Of a stretch of DNA of 64,000 nucleotides, positions 1-12,200 are shown one piece after another. The position numbers were made by a program, and so were the translations under genes. Numbering within the stretch: the first letter of the stretch is position 1; every line of letters begins with the position of its first letter. This stretch comes from Phoronis australis (lineage: Eukaryota > Animalia > Phoronida): contig NMRA01000004.1 in the NCBI GenBank assembly GCA_002633005.1, positions 625,846-689,845 on the forward strand, given 5' to 3'. The notes beneath the pieces are model-generated. The model saw only the letters and a program-made list of their open reading frames with translations. It searched no databases and had not been told where the DNA came from.

Positions 1-127
1 TACACAAAGGTCTGCCATTTCACGTGTCAGAAAAAAGCACACTCTGGCACATTTTTTCTACTGTCTCACTAATTGTGATGTGTATTGTAGCAAAACAGCT
101 CATGACTGAGCATTTAGATGTACATAC

Positions 128-292
128 TGTTTGAGAAGCTGTTGCATTATTCTTTCCTGGTCTGGTAACCATGACAACAAACTGATATGCTGAATTGGGC
201 AGCAAGCTGTTACCAGAGAATTCCAGCGTTGCTCTAGTAGAGGTTTTGTTGCAGTCAACATGGGGAATGTATACAGATGTGTTATTGTCGAA
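128..292 (-). CDS. PKD1: PKD1-like exon 7: REJ segment
   Basis: tag/FDNNTSVY...LLPNSAYQFVVMVTRPGKNNATASQT/gtatgt; phase 0-0. Confidence 0.85.
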
Positions 293-3200
293 CTATAACG
301 AAAATGCAAGACGTATATCAGCCAATAATTTCCATACCTTCAATTACAAAAATAAAATAACATGAGCCAACAAAATCTGACACAAAACTTCTTTAACTAT
401 ATTATTGTCAGCCTACCCAAAGGATTTCTCTATCAAGAATCAAAGCAATATCGAATGCATAACTATTCTGCTTGTGGTTTAGTTGACATTTGCTCTAAAG
501 ATGTCAGTTTGTAATGATTAAGATGTACTACCAATTCCACGCATTACACCATTACACGTAATGATTAAGAAAACTAGAATCACATCCTGTTGAAAGCAAA
601 CAACACGGTGTCTAAGAGAATCCAAGAACTTGCTGATTAAATGCTGTTGTTAGTTATTTACAAGTGCTTACCAACTGAAGGCAGGACCAGGTGAATAGCA
701 AGACAGCATTGGCATCATCAGGATCATATGTAGAACTGGCATCAACTACCAGTGGATGGTCAACAGGTGAAGTTCGCTCACTGCCGCCTCCGATAATGGC
801 GACAATGTCACTGGCAATGATATCGACAGCAACTCGCTCCACAGAACTGATGGAAGTTTTACGGTAATACACGGTCAATGTGAAACAATACTGTCCAATG
901 CTGAGTAACCGTGGAGACACGAGAACAGATGGATAATTTGTTCTGATAGTGGTTGGCAAGGACACTTCAGAGGACAGATGGTTGCAGTTGGACGTTTTGT
1001 AAATCCGCCACTGATACTGGACTTGCAGAGAATTACACAAACCTGTGTCGATTGTAGCCTCAATTTGAATGAGGTTTGATTTCCGAAACTGTCGATAAAA
1101 TCCTCCATCAATAGTTACTGACGGCTCAATGCAAACAGCAGGGAGCACTTGAATTAGCACAGTTTTGGAAATCTCACTGACATTATTTGAAGCGGTGACT
1201 TTTAGTACATGCTCTCCTTCTTTGACAAATGTCCAAGTTAAAGTTTTACCCATCAAAGTATTTAGATGATCAATGTTCCAACGATAAATGACATTGGTGC
1301 CGCGTATAACACTGGCTTCAAATGTTAGATTCTTATAACTGTAAGCATGCTTTGTGCCAGTACTGCTCAAAACAGATATGGTGTGGATAGCGTGTTCTAT
1401 TACTACATTCTTGGTTACATTTAAGCACATGGTGACACTGCAAGCTTTGACAACGACTCGATACTGTCCGTCTGAGAGGAAGTTGCAAGTGATGTTTTGT
1501 GAGTTTTTGGTCATCAACAGAGCACCAAGAGCTGATGTAACCGTCCATGTGTATTGAATGACGTGACCAGTTTTCACAGCAGCGTAAAAGTCTAGCTGAG
1601 TCTTGCTTGGTAACGCATTATCGCAGCAATTCAAGATTTCAAGGTCTTCAATAGAATCACCAACAGCAATGATTACAGAATGTGTTCCAAAGCTGATGGC
1701 ATTGGTCGCATTTACACCAACAATGTACTTTCCAGAGACACTGTAAACATGGTGCACAGTAGCAGATGTCTCTTTAACGATGGTTCCGTCACCAAAGTCC
1801 CAGCTATATGAGACATTAGAACCACCTGCCATTGTCACCACGAAAGTAACACCTTCCAGAGGTTTCACTTTGACCGCCGATGGTGTTATTTTAACATTAC
1901 TGACTTTCTCCTGAACAAACACAGTGAGGTTTGTACGAGCTGAGCTCACATTGTTAAAGATCATCAGAGACACATAGTGGATACCCACAGAACTGAACAC
2001 ATGCCTTACAGTTTCTGTACTGTAATGGTGATCGTCAATTAACCAATCGTACAATACTACAGCTTTTCTGCTGGTTGTAGCCACAAACAATTCAGGATTA
2101 CCTTTTGTGGCAAATGGAAATGTACTCGACACCATTTGAATGATAACATTAAAAACAGGATCCTGCACCAAGACGGTAATTTCAGTCCTCAATGAAGTGA
2201 AAACGTCAGACGCATTAACAACCACTCTGTACACACCTCTAACAGAAAAGGTATAACAAAACAAACTGCCATTAGAACTGCCAATTGCTTTTGCATTTTT
2301 AAAAACTGTCCACTGAGACTTTGTAATTGTTCCAAACTCGGCAAATAGATTGAAAACACCTTCCACACCTGTTCTAAGCACACTCGAATTTGTCTCAATT
2401 CTCAGTCCATCTAGAGGAGACAATGCAACAATCTCTTTGGTAAAATTCACTTTTTGTAAACTGTTTTCTGCAATCAGGACAACTGCATAGTGTCCTTCGT
2501 TAGAAAAAATATAGTTCAGCACCTCGGTACTTGTTTGGAAGACTTTTCTGTGATTGGAGTAAATTTCCCACTTGTACCTAACACCACCACCACCATTCGT
2601 AATATTTGGCAGGAACTGAATCGATTTATGCACAGCAGCAAAGCTCCCATTGTGCAAAGCAGACACAATGGTTAATCCCTCTATAGGGGATATAACAAGC
2701 ATTACAACAGAGCTATTTTTAAAACTAATCCTGTTCTGTGCCTCAACAGAAACTGTATATGTTCCAGCATCAGTAAATTTCCTGGAAATATTACTTATCG
2801 TGGTAACCACACGCTTGCACGTGTCACAAAACTTCCATGAATATAAGATGTCACTGCCGGCAGAAACAGCAGCAGTGAAGACCACAGTTACGTGCTGTGC
2901 AACTACAGATGGGCTGGCTGCAACTGTAAGATCTTCAATGGTGGCCTGAGCGAAAATTGTGACTGAATATTCTTCACGATTTACATCGTTGAAAGCGGTG
3001 ACAAAAACTATGAAGGTGCCAGGTGATGTGTACGCATGGGCATGGGTTTCACCAGTTTCATTGTGAAGCGTGTCACCAAAATTCCAGCTAAATCGGACAT
3101 TAGTCCCATGCCTGACCTGAGCTACAAATGTATACATGTAGCGAATCACCACCACATTCTCTGGTGCATTGTGGGAAATCCTGAGCTCTTCAACTGGCTC

Positions 3201-6200
3201 TTGAACTGAAACTGATGTTGAAACATCTCTTGAACTAATCTCATTAGACACATTGGCCTTTATACTGTAACGTCCCACTGACTGGAAGACAACGTTGTAA
3301 CGGAGGCTTCGTGAAGCAAAGTATAATATATTGTTAATATACCACCTGGCAGTATAGTTATTGCCAGAGGACAGCATCAAAGAAAACATCTGGGTAACAT
3401 TATCCTTTCCATGTGGTAGAGGCAGAAAGGAACGACCATTCACAAACATCAGGCCCTCAATGGGATCCTGAACACATAAGTATGTGGTAAAGGTGCTAGT
3501 ATTCACTCCATTGGAAGCATTCACTGATACTGGCCAAATTCCAGATCTGTTGAATATGTGTTGAGCTGTCTGAGAATCACCCATGACTTCTGCGCCATCA
3601 ATGGACCAAGCGTATCTCAATCTGGTCAAGTTGACTGCTACGACTCGAGCTGTGACATTGACTGTGGAATTCACAGCAACACAATGAGAAGGAACAATGT
3701 GTGTCACTTCCAAAGTGTCATCATCAATGACATGCACAGTGATCCAAGCCACAGCACTGCTTACATTGTTTTTTGCTAGCACGGAAATGTTATACTGTCC
3801 AACATGAGCATAAATGTTACTAAATGTAATACTTGGGCCCAGGTCTTGTACAACATTGGAGCCCCTATAAAATGCATACAACACATCACTGCCAGCAGTA
3901 ATATGTGGCGACACAATAGTAGTATCACCTAAAATATTAGGTCCATTATAAGACAGTTGCAAACCTTGGACAGGTTCTTGTACAGTTATAAGTATAAACG
4001 CACGCACTTCACTCACACTGTTGGAAGCCACTACACTCACATTGTAAATACCCGTAGTCTTGAACCGATGGAATGTCTTATTCTCTACAGAGACTGGAAC
4101 ACTGGATCCATCATCAAAATTCCACAAATACGTCACGTTGGACATACCTAGCCAATTTACAGTCACAGTGAAATCAATAAACTTGTCTGTCAATGCTACA
4201 GGAGATTCGGTAGAAATGGTAACACTCTCAAGCTTTCCTAAAACACTGATGCAAACCTTGTCCGTGAATTCACGTTTTGTTTTATCCTTGAAACCAACAG
4301 AAGCATTTGAGCACATTTCCCCAACACTGGTATATATATGAGTTAGATTCACGTAAGTCACAACATCACTAGTTGTGAGGTCAAAGTTAATGGTGGTAGA
4401 ATCACCATAATCTAAAACAATCTCTAACACTGTAGCATTTGGTGCATTAAACGAGAGGCTAAAAATGGCTTCTTCATTTGGGAGAACAGCAGAGGAGACC
4501 GTAGTTAAATTCAGATTGCTGATGTCAGCAGATTCCAAGACAGCAAACTCCAAACGGGTTTCAAGAGTATTTATCTCATTGTACGCTTTCACAGACAAGT
4601 TGTACTGTCCACTATTTTGAAACGTGTATCTAAAAGTTGCATCACCAGATTCCGATACATCTCCTGGTTGAAGAGTCCAGTTGTACTTTATGATAGATCC
4701 AAAAGATGAGGCAAGAAACTGTCCAGTGCTGCCCGTAAAAAGAGTCTTCATTGTTGTCGGCATAATACTGAGATTGGTAATCCTTTGTTGAGCTGTATAA
4801 TCAAGTATTAATATCTTGAAGTGGATACTGCTGCTTATGTTCATTTCCAGCCTGGCAGAGTGTACCACATTTCTAAAGAGAAAATTTCTGGATGTATAGA
4901 ATTTCGTTAAGTTTCCACAGTCTTGGAGATTCTCCAACACAAGAGGACAAGTGGGCCCAAACTTGGTAACTTCAAGAAGTCCCAAATTCCAAGTAACTTG
5001 AGCAGGTAGCCCTGCTGAAATACTTATCACAACAGTGACATTGAGACCAACTTCAAATACAATACTTCCATTAGAGTTACTGGTTAGCGGTTTACTCACT
5101 CTCGGATGGAGAACCATCAAGTCCTTGATGAGTTGTGAAATAGTAACGTTACACAACGCACTTATAGAGGACAAGTTATTTGAAGCCACCACCTGGTAGC
5201 TGATGCTTGTACTGTTGGTAGTTCTCACTAACGCTTGAGATGGTTTAATATGAATCGAATTACTGTAACTTGCATAGACATAACAGACAACATTTTCCGT
5301 CCATTCATAAGTCAAGGTATTTATGACGTCACCAATCCCAAACCAGTTTGACGCTTTCCCTGAGAAAGCAGTTTGCCTCCATTCAGTCAAAGAATTATAG
5401 TCACATTCAACAAGATTTGTGTTTTCATCGTACTGAATTCCAATAAAATCGCCAGCTTTAACTTCCATTTCATCCGAAACCAGTAAACGGAATATGTTCT
5501 TATCACCATCAGTTGTTTGGTGTGCAGCAACAGTTTCAGATATCATAGTCAAAGAAGGTCTGCTGGAAGAACTATTCCATTGGCCATGTGACGGACCACA
5601 TGATTCATTGGCAGAATGGCACGAACAAGGACTAAAGATAGACTGACACTGATTTGATAGTGGACAGTACTGAGACGTCGAGCCACATTCTGGTAATGCA
5701 GCAGATGAACACGCTGATGAAGTAGTTAGACACTCTGGGAATGGTGAAGGTGCTTTCTTACAGCCAGGCAAAGACAAAACTTTGGTACTCTCGCAAGATG
5801 GACGAAACACTTGAAGGCGAATCTGCCCCGTGGCAGCCGAGATGTTCTGTGCTGAAACAAACTCCCACCATTTCACAATACCGGAATGTTGGAACCAGAG
5901 ACCTACAATGAGAAATGAAACACACAGGTCATGGAAAGAGGAAGAAACATGGGACAAATATACTGAGATTAATGTGGCTGAACTATTATTTAAACTTGAA
6001 CATGAAAATATAAAATCAGTTTTAAATGATAGACTATCAGTCACACATGGGATTTGGTTAGGTTACATTTTTCATACCACGAGTATGTCTATAACTGAAA
6101 ATGGAGAGAGTGACATCGACAAACATTTTGAGTACTGAGTCTGCACTCAAAGGCATCATACTTCACGTCTGACTATAAGGAAGCAGTAGACCACAATGGT

Positions 6201-9200
6201 GTTCACATTAAGTTTGTATTTTTTCAATTACGATGAAAACACAAAGAAAAGTTGACATCTAGACATTATTGCCATAGATCATAAAAGCAGCAGAGTAATG
6301 CTGTAGTACACTTTCCACCAATGGTACTGTCTTTCTTCCTGTCAAAAATTGCCCAATACATGTATTGGATAAAAGAATGCTCATTCATTTTTTGATTTCA
6401 TTATTCAATCCCTTATCATTAATTCACTTTTTAGCTAGTCCCTGAAAAAGAAAACACGTGATACTGTAACAATGAATTTCTTGGTACATACCTGGAAATA
6501 AAAGTACATTCTTGACACCTGGCGTTGGACTAGATCTGATTGGTGGAATGGTTTTGAAGGCAAGACTAGATTGTGGTTGAGCGGGTATGCCTACTGTACT
6601 TGACTTGACACTTGTAGTTGTAGACTCTGAGTGAAAAGGCAAACAGGCATAGCAAGGTGTCATAAAGGATTACATAGGTGACCAAGCACCCAAGCAACCC
6701 AAGCAGCAGGACTGAATTCAATAAGCTATTGTGTTCGCATAAGCAAACTCCAACCATTGGAAGATCACTATCAACAATCAATTTTTACTTGCACTGGGTT
6801 CCTCATGTGAACAAAAGATATAGTGTAAAGCAAAAGAACAAGCAATGATTTATCCCAGTAAAGCCAAAGAAGCATAGTTGGTTCTGGTCTGTGTTTTTTC
6901 AAAAATTGATTGGGTGTTGCATAAGTGAGATTTGCTTGTTTTTCACCCATCGCTCATGAGCAAACCATCGCATTTCAAATCTTGCATACTCTAGCTAAAA
7001 ACACACAACTTTGTGAGTGCAGGTCTCAAAATGAGTCAAGGTACAGACAGAAAACCAACTATACTTTTTTGACCTAATATATTATAAGGACATTGTCTGA
7101 ACTGATGGCACCAAGACTGTGGCAATGATGACATGGAGAATTTACCCATGAGTTAACTGATAATGCTAGTTGTTTCTGAATAGAAGCCAAAAAGGTTTAC
7201 GCAGTAAACACTGATAATTGTTAAAATAAGAACATTTTCTTATTATATAACTATGTCCGCACCTGCAATAATTAAGCTATAGGTTTCACTCTAGCAATTA
7301 GAGAAAACATTAGATAATTATTTAAACTGGAAGTTAAACTAGAACAACACGAACTTGCTACTAAGTTGAAGTCTTGAACTCCTAACTTACCACTTATGGT
7401 ATTCCCAGCATCCATCATTCTTGTCCACCTAATGGACACATTCGTTCCTCGTTTCACTTCAAGCTCAATGTCTAAATCATCGCCACCAATAGCAAATTTT
7501 GGACACTTCAGAGACACACCATTTACGGACTCTACCACCATAACATCTGAATTGATACTGCTCCATGAATCCACAGTGGAAATATTTACAGTCACGTGAT
7601 ACAATCCAGCAGACGTGAATCTGTATAAAAGGAATGGTTGATCAGTGTTCGCCACACTATTGTGGTCAATATTCCAGTCATATTTGTTGGCACCAGTAGA
7701 TCTTGTGGCAATTGATATGTTAGCAAGTTTGTCGGTGGAAAAGGGTCCAGTGGTGTCAAACGTAAACAAAGGCAAGACGCTAAAAACACCTGAGAGTAAT
7801 TTCTTGTTGCAAAGGTGTGACCCAGATGTACTGCCATCGCAAGAGCAGGTGTGCAGATGCTTTGAAGATCCACAGAGACATTCATCAATGTTGATCAGGT
7901 AGCCAAAATGTTGTTGAGATCCAGAGCAAAGAGCAGCGCAAGTTGTTTCATTGAACTGTTTTGAATTGTCAAATATAGAGAAGAGAATCGTAGAATAAGA
8001 CATGCCAGTTTGGTGACAAGCAATGAAATCGCCAGCTTCTGAAAGTAAAAAAAGTTCGTCGAAGATTACGACTTGAAAAGATTGCAGATATTTTCATAGT
8101 AAAATTGCAAAATGAACAGATATTCAATCTCTACAAAAACAAATCTCATTCAGAAACATGCATGACTTTCATGACTATCCGGAGGCAGATTGTGCTCTAC
8201 TGGGATAACTGTCAGTTTCCACCGCTCAAGGTCTTGGGTTTGACTTCCACAGACCCTTGAGTCAAGTCTCTAGCTCCTCATTATGGTCTTAACTACATAT
8301 TAAAGTGCAAAAATGGTTCCAGGAAATCAGTGCAACTAGCCCACCTGAGCAGGCTGCGCACATCTGGTATGTGTGCCAGACCGCCTGCAATTTCACATTT
8401 GTTCAGTTGGAAGTGAACACAGAACCATGTCAGCCTTTTGCAAAATAGTTATCAACACTTTCTTGTTCTGTGTATAGTAAATACACACCAAGGGAAAGGT
8501 ATTTAACAGGCAAAATGTCAAGCTCCAAGATAACCAAAGACCTTGATTTTTATCAAAGATATTAATATCAAACGACTAGAAATTGGAACATAACTTAAGA
8601 AAGAACACCGAATATGACAGCAACTAATCAAATGACAACACTTTCAGCTGCACAGTCATAAATATTTGCATGACAAAATAAACAACAACAAACTTGTTAG
8701 TAGTTGGTAAATGATAGACAAGTTGTTATTAAAGCTTTATGAAGCACAACATCAATTATCCGACTACTTCAGGGATCACACAACTGGTGCATCAAAATTT
8801 CCAGTGATGTACTGTAATAACTTACAAGGCTGGGAAAGCTAGTGAACCAAATGGCGGCATTCAGCATTAACAGCTCATTTTATCCTTACCACATAAATAA
8901 GCAATGGGTCAATCAACCCACAATCAGACTTTTCTAAAATGATCCCAGCTACTGGAACTTGCCAAATTAAAAAACAACACAATTTTTGTACGTACATGTA
9001 ACAAGATACAAGGTAAGAAAATACAGAACAACATCAATCCAAAGTCCTGGGAAATTGCCACTCACCACATCCATAGTATTTAGAATTTAACCATTTGAAA
9101 CAAAGTCCTCTACGAAAGCGAGACTCTGATTGCTTTAGCTCTGTGAAATCAAATGTAAATGTTTGTTACAAAATTCACACATGCCAACCCATTATGAACA

Positions 9201-12200
9201 CTACTTCTATGATTTTGAAAAAAAATTTATACGTTTCAGAAAACATCCATAAGGAGATTGCTGAAGACAAAGATCACTGACAACTGGCTTTGATAGACTT
9301 TCAGATTTGTTTTTATGTGTTGAATAATTTGCCACTGACACACCTATCTCTTTTACACATTGTCACGGTGATTGTCCTTTAAATATCTCTTCTCCACTAG
9401 GGCAAATACCTCTTCAGCAAACTTTTTTCTCTTATCATATTTTGTGCTTTTGGTCAGCTCAAGATATAAAAAACCTGATAATTATTGTTTTTCAAATTTT
9501 TTTCTTGTGTCTAAATTTGAACTTAAGGGTTTGGCGGCACTCAATATTAATATGGTTGTAAGAAAAGAATCTCACAGATGTTTTCAAAGGTAATTTAATT
9601 CAAATTTTCAGAGATCATCTTAATTCTACAGTAAGTGGTATGAGAGTAAGTAGGATTTTCGCTTAAAATCATGGAGATAAGTTCAGGAGCACCGTTGTTC
9701 TGGTTCGTGAACTTGGGCCTCCAGACAAGTCTGGTCTTTCCGAACTCTGCTAAAATTCCTCAATTTGATTGGATCCGACTTTTGTTAATTTGCTGTATTT
9801 CTGAAATTTTATCAACGAGTTGGCATTTCCATATTAAATATTGCCAATATCAGATGAATTGATGTCCGTTCTGGAGTTATCCAAATTGGTCAAAATATCA
9901 TGGGCGTATGGGTTAAGAAGGGGAGAACCCTCTGCATGGCTGGGATACAGAACATGTGGCCGAGCATTGGATTCGTCTCGACACGTCACAGTTCTATTCG
10001 GGGCCGCTTGGGCAGTTTCTGAGTTTGGGATTGACTTTAGTACACACGCCAGAATATCATAGAAAAATCACCTTGTTCCATGTTTCTAACCCAGTACCTC
10101 TTTTTGAAAACCAGGCATCCTAACCAGTCGACCAAAGTCAAAGATTGACAAATTTAGGCAATGGTTTAGAGAGCCCTAAAACACGCCTAAAAGTCTACCC
10201 TCACTGAGTCACTGCAGGTTCACCACACCAGTTTCGATCTCTCCTCCAGTTGTATAATTGGAGATATTTAAGAGCATAGGGTGAAATGTGTTTGAGTAAA
10301 CATAATTTTCTGGAAATCACAGCATCTAACGAACAACCGAAGCAGTGACCGCAGACGTCTGTGACCGAAGAAAGCAATGGATTCGGAAATTAACTTATGT
10401 TCTCTTCAGTTAAGGAGAGTTCTGTGTTTTATACCTTCATGTGTGAAAGAGCTCCTGTCTAAGCATTGCCAACAACAACCTTTTACGCGAGCCAACACTA
10501 GAGCACACACACAAGAGACCATTTCACGTAACTATGACTTCGTAATAACATTCGCCAGTGTTGGCATACAAAGCCTATGCGGCAAACTCTATCCTTACCC
10601 CACTACAATATTCCTAAACCTCCCTCCGCATCATGGAAGGCTGGGGGAGGGCCTATTGCCCCCACTTTTTCAGTGCTGCACCGCCCATGCATACGGTACT
10701 CCTACTAAGGCTGATCGGGCAGTGTAGTGCATTTTCTTCATTATGTTGCATTTCGAGCACATGGGCCCCAATTCCAGGCCATAAAAGGACGTGCTTGCCT
10801 TCTTTTGGAATGAATGTACACCAAATGAAACATCGAGTGCTCCAAGACTAAGGCCGAGTGTCCTGCATTGGCTTGTGGCGAACTTAGCGTAATAATTCTC
10901 CTTTGCTGAACAAAAAGGACACCGATGAAGAGATATCATATTATAAGATGTCCTGCTTACCACATTTAAGAGCCGCGTCAGACAAATTTAATAACTGCTT
11001 TCCTTGAACACTTGAGGGTCCGAAGCAGATCATCCCATCTACACCGTTAATGACAGTGACTGTGCCTCCGTGCAGTAGCTTGTGAAGCCATTTGAGTTCG
11101 CAGTTGCAAACCCAGGGATTTCCACTCAAATCACTAGAAATCAAACAACACATGTACTTCTTTTACACCGCGGTAATCCGTCAGTTTGATGTTCAAACCA
11201 ACTGGGCCCGTATAAACTGAGCCTTGGGTTACTCGGCGATGATTTTACAGTGATTGGAGAAACGTCGAATAACAGCAAAAGTCGTCTAACTATTAAAGCA
11301 ACTTTGTTTTTGTATACACGCTGCCGACGTGTATTTCAGTAGAAGAGTTGTGCCTCTTTTGAAAAAGTAACTCATGAGACGCAAGTTTGATATCCGGCAT
11401 TGTCTGAAATTAAGTGTCTGAACTTAAGCAATTTATTGAGTATCTAACTTTGAACATTTTTAGACTTTGAAATGATTTATCACCTGATACTTACAGAGTT
11501 TTCAAATGTTTCAGGTCGTCAATTATTCCTTCAGGGAGTGTTGTTAAGTTGTTATTTGATAGGTCACTGAAATGTAATGTGAAAATTTACAATAAAACAA
11601 TAAGAAAATACAACAGTAAATAGTTTTGGTTTTATTAGGCAATCAACAGTATAGTAAGTAGTCCTGTTGGATTAAAAGCAAAACGTTGTGCTGATAACGA
11701 AATCAACATAGAATTCAGGGCGTTGTTCTCAAACAACAAAAAATTCTTTATTTCAGAAGGTTTTCGATGAGTAGAATTGCATATTCTCATGACATATTGA
11801 TATTACATTATTTGACATTGTATTTAACTTCATATGCAGCATAACAAAACGCATGAAGATGTTCGATTCTATTGATTAAAGTCACGGAAACTTATACACT
11901 AGAAGTTTCCTGTGTAGTGTACTGTTTGACGTCTAGCAGGCCAGACTGCTGACAAATATTTACCAATCGTCATACAAGTAATTGATGTTAGGTCTTGATA
12001 AGTTAATTAAAGATATCGCTTACTTCAGATAAGTCAAGGTTAAAGCCTTGTAAAAAAAGCGTACCCGCGCACCGCGCCAGCTTTTCAGAGAGACAGACCT
12101 CGTGGTCTAACTCTAGATCTACAGTTTTACCAGTAATTCAACATCAGCAAATCCCTCCAACTGTACGTCCTCAGTAAAATTTCCCAAAATGCTTACTTTT

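Noticed and set aside
165-178. Perfect X-box-like GTAACCATGACAAC
   Set aside because: Lies within a coding exon far from any promoter; explained by the codons for VVMVT.
5903-6044. N-terminal 47 aa of the 1796-aa ORF
   Set aside because: Intronic read-through upstream of the acceptor at 5903-5905; GTG start, no PKD1 similarity.
875-6138. Short ORFs overlapping the large PKD exon on either strand
   Set aside because: Shadow frames of a long coding exon with no independent motifs.
12024-12118. Exon-like segment ending NLDLSE/gtaagc in PKD1 intron 1, considered as a second LRR exon
   Set aside because: Phase 1-0 and not 72 nt; incompatible with the phase-2 LRR junctions.
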